A DNA stretch of 64,000 bases from Candidatus Micrarchaeota archaeon (GCA_028867135.1 JAGWGW010000002.1:22170-86169); one strand, 5' to 3'. Shown: positions 1 to 9,765, counted from the first letter of the stretch. Notes: generated from the sequence alone by a model not told the origin. A program made the numbers and translations.

Positions 1-39
1 GACTACAGGCGGCCGCTCTAGCCATTGAGCTACAACGGG
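1..39 (-). tRNA. tRNA-Tyr(GTA), 5' half, truncated by window edge, probably intron-containing
   Basis: Reverse complement reads CCCGTTG-TA-GCTC-AATGGCTA-GAGC-G-GCCGC-CT-GTA-G. The following TC cannot close the anticodon stem, which suggests an intron at 37/38. Confidence 0.85.
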
Positions 40-96
40 ATTAGCATCTATAGATTGTATAATATTATTTATATATGCAATCGCTAAGATATCCAT

Positions 97-2907
97 ATGC
101 CTGCTAGGATTGCTGAGGGTAGAAGGGATACTTCGAAACAAAAGGTGCCTAACTTCTTCTCCGGGGAGGAAATGAGTGCAGGCTCGATACCTGATGAGGA
201 GGAGGCAGCGCCAAAACGGCAGAGGTCCACCTACCTGCCACTGTCGTTCTTCTGGCTCAAGGACGTCTTCAGGCAGTTCGTTAGCCATTCAAACTTTCCA
301 GATGCCCTTGCCATCGTGTTCTCCGCTTCAAGCATAGCGATAGCGTTCCCCTTTTTCCCTTACGTTATCCTTGTGCCGCTGTTGATAGTCACGTTCATTC
401 TTGCGATACTCTCGCCGCTGATAGGGCTCATGGCGCTGCTCTTCGAAACGCTGCTGATGATCATATACCAGGCGCCGCTGCTTGCATGGATACTGACGCT
501 ATTCGTGAGCATATCGCTGTTCCTGGGATACAGGCATTACAGGAGCATAACGTTCGTATACACGCTTTCGATGCTGCCGATGTCGTTCATAGGCGCTTAC
601 CTTGAGGTGCCGGCTTTCATAATCGGCATACTGTACATAGGATACAAGAGGGCCATGATCTCTGTTGTCGCCATAATGATAATGCTCAGCCTGATGTCGG
701 GCGTCACAGGCATAGCGCTGTCCGGCCCGTTCGCATACAACAACACCGCGGCGCACATCGCCATCGCATCCAATCCTGCGATACCGTTCATGACCCCTTC
801 CGAGAGCATTGCGACGCTCTCCTCGTTCCCGGGTTCGCTCTCAAAGGCGTTCGGCAGCATGTTCAGCACCGAGGTGTCGGGCAACATCTACAACGGATTC
901 GACGCTGTCATCTCCGCGATACTGTTCAGTTTCCCGATAAGGATGCTGGAGATGGCGGTGTGGCTTGTCGTCGTTTCCGCAATGACCATGTACGTGATAA
1001 ACAGCAGGTCAGCGTACAAGGGCACAATGGCAAGCCTCTTCTCCGTTATACTGCTTGCGAACTACGCCGTGCTTTCTTACATCACCAATACATCGTTTAA
1101 CTATGCGGTGCTCCTAGGATTCATCATTGCACCGATAGTCATTTTCGCGCTGGAGTTCAACAACATAGGGGTCGTCAAGGCGCTGGAGGTCATGAAGAAG
1201 GACTTTCTTGGGAAGTTCGGCGAGGCGTTTGAGGACCTTACCAGCGGCACCAAGGAAACGCTCGATGACGTTGCGGACTACGAGGAAACCAAGAAGGAAC
1301 TGAGGGAGGCGATACTTGCGCCGATAGAGCACAGGGAGATATCGGGAGCTTACAACATAAAGCCGGCGAAGGGCATACTTCTGTTCGGTCCTCCAGGAAC
1401 GGGAAAGACCATGCTGATGAGGGCGATTGCAAACGAGCTGCGCGCCAGGTTCTTCTATGTCAAGACGTCGTCCCTACTTTCGCCGTATATGGGGGAGAGC
1501 TCGCAGACCCTTTCGAAGATATTCGCCACTGCGAAGAAGCATGCCCCGGCAGTCCTTTTCTTCGACGAGATAGATGGGATAGCCGGGAACAGGGAGGCGC
1601 AGTCGGCCTCCAGCGACAGGCAGCTGCTTTCCACGCTGCTCAGCGAGATGGACGGCTTCCAGAAGATAGAGGGGGTGGTGATAGTCGGCTCCACCAACGT
1701 GCCCAACCTGCTGGACCCGAGCATACTGAGGCCAGGAAGGTTTGATAAGATAATATACATGGAGCTGCCGGACAAGGACGGGCGCGAGAAAATATTCAGG
1801 CATTACATGAAGAACCTGCCGATCAGCAAGTCCATGGACTATGACAAGCTCGCATCGATGACGAACAGGTACACTGGAGCGGACATAAGGAACGTTTGCG
1901 AAGAGGCCGCAAGGAAGGTTGCGGACGAGGCCGTAAAGGAGGCGAAGGTGCTGCAGATGAACATGGCCGACATGGTCAACGTGATAAAGGCGACCAAGCC
2001 TTCCACATCGTTGTCAAGGATAGACCAGTACAACACCTTCAAGATGGATTATGAGAGGAGGACCCATCCTGAAGTAATGGACAGGAGAGAGGATACGATA
2101 AGGATAAGCGACGTGGTAGGCCTAGAACCGGCGAAGAAGGCGCTGTACGAGGCGGTAGAGGTGCCGATACTGCATCCGAGCCTTGTCAAGAAATACGACG
2201 TGCCTCAGACCAAGGGCATACTTCTGTTCGGCCCTCCAGGAACGGGAAAGACCATGCTGATGAGGGCGATTGCAAACGAGCTTGGCGATGTGCACATGGT
2301 GATACTGTCAGGAGCCGATATCAGCAGGCTGGGCCTTGAGAGGGCAGTATTCACGATAAAGGAGACGTTCAACAGGGCCAAGGAGAACTCGCCTGCAATA
2401 ATATTCATAGACGAGATAGACGCGCTGCTGCCAGGCAGGGATAGCGCAAGCGAGCTCGGCGTTGGGATCGTTGGCGAGTTCCTACAGGAGTTCGACGGCA
2501 TAAAGCCGAGCTCCGGCATAGTGGTGATCGGGGTGACGAACAGGCCAGACCAGCTTGATTCGGCAATGCTGAGGGGTGGCAGGTTCGACAGGATGATATT
2601 CGTGCCTCCGCCTGGCAAGGACGACAGGGAGCAGCTGTTCAGGCATTACCTCAGGAAGGTTGCAATATCTGACGACGTCGATTTCGAGAGGCTTGCGGCC
2701 ATGACAGCTGGGTACACAGGTGCTGACATAGCAAATGTCTGCAGGCAGTGCAAGATGAACGCGCTTGAGAAGGACCTGTCCACGGCCCAGGAATCGAGGA
2801 TATCGATGAAGGACCTGCTGAAGGCGCTTGACGGCATAAGGCCTTCGGCGCCCGAGCCTGTAATGGGCAGGTACATAAACTTCCTCGCTCTTCACGGTGG
2901 TAAATGA
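97..2907 (+). CDS. Membrane-anchored double AAA+ ATPase (Cdc48/VAT-like tandem AAA modules behind a polytopic TM domain)
   Basis: About 300 aa hydrophobic multi-TM N-terminus, then two modules with GPPGTGKT, FFDEID/FIDEID and RPGRFD/RGGRFD. Confidence 0.9.
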   Translation: MPARIAEGRRDTSKQKVPNFFSGEEMSAGSIPDEEEAAPKRQRSTYLPLSFFWLKDVFRQFVSHSNFPDALAIVFSASSIAIAFPFFPYVILVPLLIVTFILAILSPLIGLMALLFETLLMIIYQAPLLAWILTLFVSISLFLGYRHYRSITFVYTLSMLPMSFIGAYLEVPAFIIGILYIGYKRAMISVVAIMIMLSLMSGVTGIALSGPFAYNNTAAHIAIASNPAIPFMTPSESIATLSSFPGSLSKAFGSMFSTEVSGNIYNGFDAVISAILFSFPIRMLEMAVWLVVVSAMTMYVINSRSAYKGTMASLFSVILLANYAVLSYITNTSFNYAVLLGFIIAPIVIFALEFNNIGVVKALEVMKKDFLGKFGEAFEDLTSGTKETLDDVADYEETKKELREAILAPIEHREISGAYNIKPAKGILLFGPPGTGKTMLMRAIANELRARFFYVKTSSLLSPYMGESSQTLSKIFATAKKHAPAVLFFDEIDGIAGNREAQSASSDRQLLSTLLSEMDGFQKIEGVVIVGSTNVPNLLDPSILRPGRFDKIIYMELPDKDGREKIFRHYMKNLPISKSMDYDKLASMTNRYTGADIRNVCEEAARKVADEAVKEAKVLQMNMADMVNVIKATKPSTSLSRIDQYNTFKMDYERRTHPEVMDRREDTIRISDVVGLEPAKKALYEAVEVPILHPSLVKKYDVPQTKGILLFGPPGTGKTMLMRAIANELGDVHMVILSGADISRLGLERAVFTIKETFNRAKENSPAIIFIDEIDALLPGRDSASELGVGIVGEFLQEFDGIKPSSGIVVIGVTNRPDQLDSAMLRGGRFDRMIFVPPPGKDDREQLFRHYLRKVAISDDVDFERLAAMTAGYTGADIANVCRQCKMNALEKDLSTAQESRISMKDLLKALDGIRPSAPEPVMGRYINFLALHGGK
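1369..2282 (+). repeat. 71-nt near-perfect direct repeat (1369-1439 and 2212-2282) covering both Walker A regions
   Basis: aagggcatacttctgttcgg(t/c)cctccaggaacgggaaagaccatgctgatgagggcgattgcaaacgagct, with one synonymous mismatch. Confidence 0.95.
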
Positions 2908-4310
2908 TGCTGCCGCTGCTGCCGCTGATAGTCATCGTGCCGCTGGCCGCGATAATACCGATGCTGCTTCTTGAAAAGAGGCACGCTCATGCTGTCTCTC
3001 TCGCCGCATCTGTAGCGTCTTTCATACTGGTCGTTGCCGCTGTGTACATCTCCCATTCATACGGCATGAGCTCGCTCTCGTTCAGCGCGCTCTACATAAA
3101 GGAGCTGGGCATAGGGCTTGAGTTCGACCTGACCGATGCGGGATTGATACTCGCTGTCATGACAAGCATAGTCTTCCTTGCAAGCTCTGTTGTAGGCAAG
3201 TATTTCATAGGGGAGCGCGAGCGCATCTACAACCTCATATTCCTGGTTGCTGAGGGATCGTCGCTGGGGGTCTTCCTTTCCGGGAACCTCTTCCTTTTCT
3301 ACGTATTCTGGGAGATCAGCGAGGTGATGATGTTCTTCATAATATTCCTTTACGGAGGCTTCAACAGGAGGTACGCCTCGCTAAAGTTCATACTCTATTC
3401 GATAGTGTCGAGCCTTTTGCTGCTGGTAGCGATAATGCTGCTGTACACCAGTTCTGTTGTCCATACCTTCAACATCGCCGACCTGAGGACGTATTCGTTC
3501 GGGCTGCCTATAGGCGCCCAGTTCATGCTAGTTGCGCTCTTCCTGGGCTCCTTCCTGATCAAGATGCCAGTGTTTCCGCTGCACACGTGGCTGCCTGACG
3601 CGCACACCGAGGCCCCGACAACAGGCAGCATGATTCTCGCTGGGGTGCTCCTGAAATTCGGAGGCTACGGCCTGTTCCTGATGTTCGTGCTCGTGCCGCT
3701 GGCGCACAACTACGCATTCTACATGGCGCTGCTCTTCATCTTCTCCTCGACATACGCCGCCATTGTCACGCTCAGGCAGACGAACATAAAGAGGATGATA
3801 GCCTACACGAGCATAACGGACATGGGCATAGTCGCGATGGGGATCGTCTCAGGGAACCCGTTGGCCATCTCCGGCAGCCTCTACCTCATGCTCGCGCACG
3901 GGATCGCGGTCTCGCTGCTGTTCCTTATAGCCGGAACCTTAGACGAGCTCTACGGCACGATGGAGATAAAGAAGATAAGCGGGGTGGTAAGGCACTTCCC
4001 CGGGCTGACGTACCTGTTCATCATGGCCTCGTTCATGCTTATCGGGCTTCCGCTCACGTCGGGGTTCGTAGGCGACATACTGGTGTTCATAGGCTCCTTC
4101 AGCTCCTTCAGGCTCGTTTCCCTGCTGCCGATCCTGGGCATCATAGTTGTAGGCGCGACCCTCTTTTGGGTGTCTGAGATCACGTTCTTCGGCGCCTCGA
4201 GGACCACCGAGCCCTACAACGTCGTAGAAAGGGAGGTGATGGTGGGCGCCCTGATCCTCGTTGCCGCATCCGTCGTCCTTGGAGTGCTGCCCTTCCTGCT
4301 CCTTGGCTAG
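2904..4310 (+). CDS. nuoM: NADH-quinone oxidoreductase subunit M / MrpD-like antiporter subunit
   Basis: FYVFWE, IKMPVFPLHTWLPDAHTEAPT, LAGVLLKFGGYG and AHG motifs; ATGA overlap with the upstream gene. Confidence 0.85.
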   Translation: MMLPLLPLIVIVPLAAIIPMLLLEKRHAHAVSLAASVASFILVVAAVYISHSYGMSSLSFSALYIKELGIGLEFDLTDAGLILAVMTSIVFLASSVVGKYFIGERERIYNLIFLVAEGSSLGVFLSGNLFLFYVFWEISEVMMFFIIFLYGGFNRRYASLKFILYSIVSSLLLLVAIMLLYTSSVVHTFNIADLRTYSFGLPIGAQFMLVALFLGSFLIKMPVFPLHTWLPDAHTEAPTTGSMILAGVLLKFGGYGLFLMFVLVPLAHNYAFYMALLFIFSSTYAAIVTLRQTNIKRMIAYTSITDMGIVAMGIVSGNPLAISGSLYLMLAHGIAVSLLFLIAGTLDELYGTMEIKKISGVVRHFPGLTYLFIMASFMLIGLPLTSGFVGDILVFIGSFSSFRLVSLLPILGIIVVGATLFWVSEITFFGASRTTEPYNVVEREVMVGALILVAASVVLGVLPFLLLG

Positions 4311-5272
4311 TATGCGAGGCCGGTGTGCCTTGCGATAAGTATTATGACGACTAGTATGAACGCCACTGTGAAGTTGTCGTCCATCCTCACATCGAGGCCC
4401 TCGGAGAAAGCTGCTATCAGGGACAGCGGCAGCGAATACGCGCCTATGAACGGGTACGAGAGCGCCAGGGTGGTCGCAAAGTAGGCAAGGGAGCCGGATA
4501 CGCTTTTCTTCCTGTTGTACGGGAGCCTCGGCCCCTTGAGCCTCAGGCCCACGAAGGTGGCTATAGGGTCTCCTATGAATATTGCGATGAGCGTTGCTAT
4601 GACGAAGGGCCCCGAAAGGAACGATGCAACCAACATGGAGCCCAGGGCGAGCCAGACGGCCCCATGGCCCAGTATGCTGCCCCGCCTCTCAAAGCTGTAG
4701 ACAAACATCGAGAAGGCGCTCTTTTTGTATACTTCTGAGAGCACTATGGCGTATATCGTGAAGATGACAAGGAGCATGAGGATCAGCGAGGCTGTGCTCT
4801 CCCTGAATGCGAAGAATATCGATATCAGCAATATGCCCACAAAGAAATGGAGGACATCGCGCTTCTCCTCCTTCTGCTTTTCGACAAACCCGGTCCTTGT
4901 CGACTCCTTGTATATTACTGAGCTCATTATGCCGAAGAGGACCGATTGCAGGAGGAAGTTGGTGTACGAGAGGATGTTTGCCAGCACGTACAGCGTGCCT
5001 ATTGCAAGGTAGAAGAGCCTGTGGGACGGCGAATCCGAGCCCAGCACGCAGTTGAATATGAGGATCCCCACGGCAAGCATCGCCATGTACTGCACAGAAA
5101 GCCCCTCCCCGAAGAATATGACGATGCCTAGCAGCACGAAGAAAAGCAGCGACGTGAGCTGCTTCCCGTTGTAGCTACGCATCCTGTTCAGCGAGAGCAA
5201 GGCTGCGGAGACGTAGAATGCGAGAGTTGCAAATGCCATCGGTTCCATGTTCACACTATGTATATTATCCAT
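4307..5272 (-). CDS. Dolichol/phytol kinase-like (CTP-transferase family) membrane protein
   Basis: IGDPIATFVG...NRKKSVSGS...DDNF motifs. Start uncertain (ATG at 5272 or 5248). Confidence 0.75.
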   Translation of the reverse strand: MDNIHSVNMEPMAFATLAFYVSAALLSLNRMRSYNGKQLTSLLFFVLLGIVIFFGEGLSVQYMAMLAVGILIFNCVLGSDSPSHRLFYLAIGTLYVLANILSYTNFLLQSVLFGIMSSVIYKESTRTGFVEKQKEEKRDVLHFFVGILLISIFFAFRESTASLILMLLVIFTIYAIVLSEVYKKSAFSMFVYSFERRGSILGHGAVWLALGSMLVASFLSGPFVIATLIAIFIGDPIATFVGLRLKGPRLPYNRKKSVSGSLAYFATTLALSYPFIGAYSLPLSLIAAFSEGLDVRMDDNFTVAFILVVIILIARHTGLAY

Positions 5273-7134
5273 GCTGCTACTATGAAGCCCAGTACCACAA
5301 GGAACGGCACGTAGCGCTTGCTCATCCTTATTACGTCCATGCCGACCCTGGTTACCAGCGCCTCGGAGCCCGTCCCCCACGTCTTGAAGCCCTTGATCGT
5401 CGTGGTTGTATGCGAGCTCCTTACGGGCCCCACGTCCTTAAGGGCCTCGTCTATCATCCCGTCGAGTATCGGCATCACCTCGCTTGCCTTGGTATATCTG
5501 CCCAGCGAGTTGCTTGCTGACAGCGCAAGCGAGTTGACCGAATGGGTATCGGTCGTGTATATCTCAGCCTCGAGCCCGAACCTTTTCCTTATGTGCTCCA
5601 CCATGGACTCGCGGAACGCAGGAAGCATATTGTTCGCATCGAAATACACCATGCAGAACCTCCTTCCGCTTGCAGAGAAGATCCCGACGCTGCTGTACCC
5701 TATCCCCAAGTCCCTTGCGTTGATGAGCATTGATGACAGCCTTCTTGTGGAGGATCCGAAGAGCATCCTCGAGGAGCCTGTCCTCCTCGCTGCGCTCCTT
5801 ATCGCGTTCTCGTATCTCCTGACGTATGGGCTCCCGTCGTATATGCCCCTGAGGTCGTCCGAAGGGGCCGACTCGAACCTTGAATTGTGCGCGTCTATCA
5901 GTATGGTCCTCGAGGCGCCGTTGAGGCTTGCAGACCTCTCCATCCTGAGCCCCATGTCCCTTGAGATGTCCTCGGTGACCGATGGAGCCTTAGTCAGCGT
6001 CAGCAGGTTTGTAGAGTTTATCCTTATGTTTATCGACCTGCACTGCCCGTCCCTGCCCATGCCTATGCTGCCGACCGACGGCACGAAGCTCTTGTCCTTC
6101 ATCGCATCTATGCGCTCTATGATATGCCTGTTGAGGCTCTCGACCTGCGATGTGCTTATCGGGTTGTCGTCTATGTTGACGGCGCCGTGAACTATGAACG
6201 GGCTGGCCTTGTAGTTCGAGATTATGCGTCTGCCCAGCTGCTCCGTTATCACGCTGCCGCCTATGTTCGCGAACGGGCCATAATGCAGGTCTGGCTTGAC
6301 GAATACGGCCTTGTATCTGTTCTTGCGCTTCAGGACCAGTATGTCGACGTTTACGTCGCGCTTGACCCCTCCGCTTCCAAGTATTTTCGTATCCTTGGTG
6401 AATTCGAAGAGCAGCTGCCCCACCATGGACCCGAAGAGCGCCACCCCGCTTATCTCCAGCTCCCTTTTCGCCGGCCTGTCTATTATGTATATTACAAGGT
6501 AGCCTATCGCCAGGAACACCAGCATGCCAGAATAGAGCTTGATCAGGATCGCTTCTATCGGGACGTTGAAGTCCAGTATGTACCTGCCGAATGGTATGTA
6601 GAATAGAACGTTGAGCAGCGGCTGTATCGAAGCCGTTATCGCAGCGCTCTTCTTCTGGCCCACAGCGAGCTTGTTTATGAAGAACCAGTAGCCGTACACG
6701 CCCGCGTTTCCGAGGAGGAGGAGGAGGTAAGCTGCGAACGTGCTGTTGGACAGCATGTAGAGAAGGTCCCCGAGGAGCAGGAATATGGAGTATATCGTGG
6801 ATATCGCCAGCACAGCGAACATCGCGTGCTTTATCCTCATGCTCCTTTTCATCCCCTTTATCGTTATCACTGTAAGTATCGCGGGCATGCTTATGACGAA
6901 TATGCCGGAGCTGAGGCCGTAAAGCGCAAGCTTGAAGACGCCGTCAAGGCTCCTCATGTGTATTATGAAGACAGCGAGGATGCCCACGACCGCGCCGAGC
7001 GCCAGCAGGATAGCCAGCTGCGCAAGTATGCCCGGCACTGACATGTTGAAATAAGTGGCATACTTTGTTAGATCGCCCTTGCGAGCAGGCATTCGAAAAA
7101 CCTTATCTCCCGAAACGCCTTTCCCTTTTGCCAT
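5251..7134 (-). CDS. DUF2070 family membrane protein
   Basis: N-terminal TMs then LHYGPF, DAHNS, DANNM and TTDTH motifs, plus a C-terminal TM. Confidence 0.75.
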   Translation of the reverse strand: MAKGKGVSGDKVFRMPARKGDLTKYATYFNMSVPGILAQLAILLALGAVVGILAVFIIHMRSLDGVFKLALYGLSSGIFVISMPAILTVITIKGMKRSMRIKHAMFAVLAISTIYSIFLLLGDLLYMLSNSTFAAYLLLLLGNAGVYGYWFFINKLAVGQKKSAAITASIQPLLNVLFYIPFGRYILDFNVPIEAILIKLYSGMLVFLAIGYLVIYIIDRPAKRELEISGVALFGSMVGQLLFEFTKDTKILGSGGVKRDVNVDILVLKRKNRYKAVFVKPDLHYGPFANIGGSVITEQLGRRIISNYKASPFIVHGAVNIDDNPISTSQVESLNRHIIERIDAMKDKSFVPSVGSIGMGRDGQCRSINIRINSTNLLTLTKAPSVTEDISRDMGLRMERSASLNGASRTILIDAHNSRFESAPSDDLRGIYDGSPYVRRYENAIRSAARRTGSSRMLFGSSTRRLSSMLINARDLGIGYSSVGIFSASGRRFCMVYFDANNMLPAFRESMVEHIRKRFGLEAEIYTTDTHSVNSLALSASNSLGRYTKASEVMPILDGMIDEALKDVGPVRSSHTTTTIKGFKTWGTGSEALVTRVGMDVIRMSKRYVPFLVVLGFIVAAWIIYIV

Positions 7135-7801
7135 ATTCCAGGAGCGCAAGGTTGAGGTCGCGTTTCGTGAAGTCGGGCCAGAGCTTGTTCGAGAAATACA
7201 GCTCTGAATAGTAGGACTGCCACGGCATGAAGCCTGACAGCCTCCTCTCTCCGGAAGTCCTTATTATAAGGTCGAGGTCTGGAACAGCGGATGAGAGCAG
7301 CTCGGACTTGAATCTTTCCACAGTTGCGCCGAAACCTTTCTTGACGTCGTTCGCAAAGTTCCTTGCAGCATGGAATATGTCCTCCCTTCCGCCGTAGCCT
7401 ATGAGCAGGTTCATCGTCCTGCCCCTGTAGTGCGCAGTTTCCAGCTCGAGCTGGTGGAGCGCCTTGTATAGGTCCTTCGGAAGGAGCGAGCTTTTCCCTA
7501 TTATGTTGACCCTCGCCCTGTTGTCATGGATCATGTCAAGCATCTTCCTGTCATTGGCGACCTTCTTGTATATGGTGAAGAGCGCCCTTACCTCGTTGCG
7601 GTTTCTCTTGAGGTTCTCTGGCGAGAGGGCCCATACGCTGACGTTGTTGATCCCGTAGTCCATGCACCACCTGCTGAAGTCTATGAACTTCCCGACGCCG
7701 AGTTCGTATCCGTTGAAGACAGACATTTTATGCTGGTGCGCCCACCTCCTGTTCCCGTCCGGTATAAGAGCTATGGTCTCGGGTAAAAATTCAAAAGCCA
7801 T
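7103..7801 (-). CDS. uppS: cis-polyprenyl diphosphate synthase
   Basis: IPDGNRRWA, SPENLKR, YGGR, IIRTSGERRLSGF and RRFG motifs. Confidence 0.95.
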   Translation of the reverse strand: MAFEFLPETIALIPDGNRRWAHQHKMSVFNGYELGVGKFIDFSRWCMDYGINNVSVWALSPENLKRNRNEVRALFTIYKKVANDRKMLDMIHDNRARVNIIGKSSLLPKDLYKALHQLELETAHYRGRTMNLLIGYGGREDIFHAARNFANDVKKGFGATVERFKSELLSSAVPDLDLIIRTSGERRLSGFMPWQSYYSELYFSNKLWPDFTKRDLNLALLEYGKRERRFGR

Positions 7802-7898
7802 CGAATTCACTTAGATAGCGTTTGAAATGTATATAAACATTTATGTTGAGAGCGACGGATTTCAATAGCGTTATAAATTAGCTGAGCAAATCCCTATC

Positions 7899-8426
7899 AT
7901 GAATAACGTGGAAGACACGCTGAAGGGGAAGATACGGGACATTCCCGATTATCCGAAGAAGGGCATACTCTTCAGGGACATAACGCCTTTGCTGAAGGAC
8001 GGCAGCTCGTTTGCGTTGTGCGTCGACGAGCTCGCGAAGAGGGTTTCGGACATCGACTTTGATTACGTTGTTGGCATAGAGGCGAGAGGATTCATAATAG
8101 GCGCTGCGCTCGCGTACAAGATGAAGAAGGGGTTCATACCGATAAGAAAACTTGGGAAGCTTCCCTACAGGAGGATAAGCAAGGAGTACGCTCTCGAATA
8201 CGGCACCGCGACGATAGAGATGCACCATGACGCGCTCGCAGGCGGGCAGGAGGCCCTTCTTGTCGACGATCTTCTTGCGACAGGCGGAACTGCCAAGGCC
8301 GCGGCTGAGCTGGTAGAGTCGGTAGGAGGGAAGGTCGCGGGCTTCGCCTTCGTGATAGAGCTTGCCGGGCTGAACGGCAGGAGCATGCTCGGAAAGAGCA
8401 GGATAGACACGCTGATGAAATATTGA
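7899..8426 (+). CDS. apt: Adenine phosphoribosyltransferase
   Basis: PDYPKKGILFRDI, EARGF, LEYG and VDDLLATGGT motifs. Confidence 0.96.
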   Translation: MNNVEDTLKGKIRDIPDYPKKGILFRDITPLLKDGSSFALCVDELAKRVSDIDFDYVVGIEARGFIIGAALAYKMKKGFIPIRKLGKLPYRRISKEYALEYGTATIEMHHDALAGGQEALLVDDLLATGGTAKAAAELVESVGGKVAGFAFVIELAGLNGRSMLGKSRIDTLMKY

Positions 8427-9061
8427 TGCTTATGCTATTTGCCTTCTCGATAATACAGGCGATCATTTCGCTGCTCGCAGGCGCGTCTGGCGCGATAAAC
8501 GCGATAATATCGCAGTACGGCTACATAGGCATATTCGTATTGATGACGCTCGAGTCCGCGTCGATGCCGATACCCAGCGAGGTGGTGCTTCCTGCAGTCG
8601 GCCATTTCGTATACACGGGGCAGCTGAACATCTACATAGCCGTCATTGACGTGCTGCTTGCAAGCCTGGCAGGCTACATGATAGACTACGCCATAGCTTA
8701 TTACGTAGGAAAGGAGGTGGTGTACAAGCACCTGGGACTTTTCCGCATAAAGAAGGAGAGCATAGATGCTTTTGACAGGTGGTTCCTGAGGAACGGCCCC
8801 TTTGCGGTCTTCGTCGCAAGACTGCTTCCAGGGGCAAGAGGACTGATAAACTTTCCTGCTGGTTTCGCGGAGATGCCGCTGAAGAAATTCATATTCTATT
8901 CAATGGTAGGCGCATTTATATGGGAGGTGGCGCTCATAGGCTTCGGGTACTACGCGCTATCCACAGGAAGCCTGACCATAACTGCTGTGGCGATAGCGCT
9001 CTTCCTGATAGCGCTGTACCTAATCTACGACTATGCGCTGAAGAGGATAAGGAAGGGATAG
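8423..9061 (+). CDS. DedA family membrane protein
   Basis: LESASMPIPSEVV and ARLLPGAR...AG motifs. Confidence 0.92.
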   Translation: MMLMLFAFSIIQAIISLLAGASGAINAIISQYGYIGIFVLMTLESASMPIPSEVVLPAVGHFVYTGQLNIYIAVIDVLLASLAGYMIDYAIAYYVGKEVVYKHLGLFRIKKESIDAFDRWFLRNGPFAVFVARLLPGARGLINFPAGFAEMPLKKFIFYSMVGAFIWEVALIGFGYYALSTGSLTITAVAIALFLIALYLIYDYALKRIRKG

Positions 9062-9388
9062 TCACTTGGTTTCAGGCTCCCTTTTCTCTATTATGTAGTT
9101 CTTTACTATCTTTATTACCTGGTCTATCGCCCTCTTTATGTCAGCCTCTGTCTTCGCACCTGTGCAGATTATCTTGCCGTTCTTGAAAAGAAGCAACGCT
9201 GTCTTGGGATCGTGTATCTTGCATATGGCTCCAGGGAACTGCTCAGGCTCGTAGTCGACGTCGGGCGATGCCTTGGCGATGCCGTAAAGGTCGAGCTCTA
9301 CCCCCAGATCGGCGCTGGCCACTATATTCTCGATCTTGAAGACCGGGTGGAGCTCTACCCTTTTTCCGGATTTAGCGTGCTTTGGCAT
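9062..9388 (-). CDS. Single-repeat TATA-box binding protein-like protein (108 aa)
   Basis: One TBP repeat: IENIVASADLG...YEPEQFPG...DPK..LLFKNGKIICTGAKTE. ATG at 9388, TGA at 9064-9062. Confidence 0.9.
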   Translation of the reverse strand: MPKHAKSGKRVELHPVFKIENIVASADLGVELDLYGIAKASPDVDYEPEQFPGAICKIHDPKTALLLFKNGKIICTGAKTEADIKRAIDQVIKIVKNYIIEKREPETK

Positions 9389-9418
9389 TCGAATCACACT
9401 ACTATTAAAAAGCAAGTG

Positions 9419-9436
9419 TTTATAAAGGTTTATAAA
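9419..9436. promoter_or_regulatory. Two palindromic TTTATAAA boxes 10 bp apart in the divergent tbp-like/rpl21e intergenic region
   Basis: gTTTATAAAggTTTATAAAgc seen directly. Confidence 0.7.
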
Positions 9437-9477
9437 GCAAAGAATAAGTGTTTCTATTTTGGTTAGAGGTAGTAGGC

Positions 9478-9765
9478 ATGACTGGAAGGTCGCACGGTCT
9501 TTTTGTAGGCAGGACAAGGCAGCTAGCCAGGCATAACCCTCCTTCAAGGCTGGGGATAAGCAAGCTTCTCAAGAGCTTCGCGATAGGCTCCAGGGTGCTG
9601 ATAATGCCCAAGGGCAACTTCAACAACATACCCCACCCTAGGTACAGGGGAAGAGTAGGCACGGTTGTTGAGAAGAGGGGTGGCGCATACGTAGTTGAAG
9701 TGCACACGTCGAAGTCGACCATCAGGAAGCTTGTTGTCCCGCAGATGCATCTCGACAAGGCATGA
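9478..9765 (+). CDS. rpl21e: 50S ribosomal protein L21e
   Basis: RSHG...TR, PHPRYRGRVGTV and P.HL motifs. Confidence 0.93.
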   Translation: MTGRSHGLFVGRTRQLARHNPPSRLGISKLLKSFAIGSRVLIMPKGNFNNIPHPRYRGRVGTVVEKRGGAYVVEVHTSKSTIRKLVVPQMHLDKA

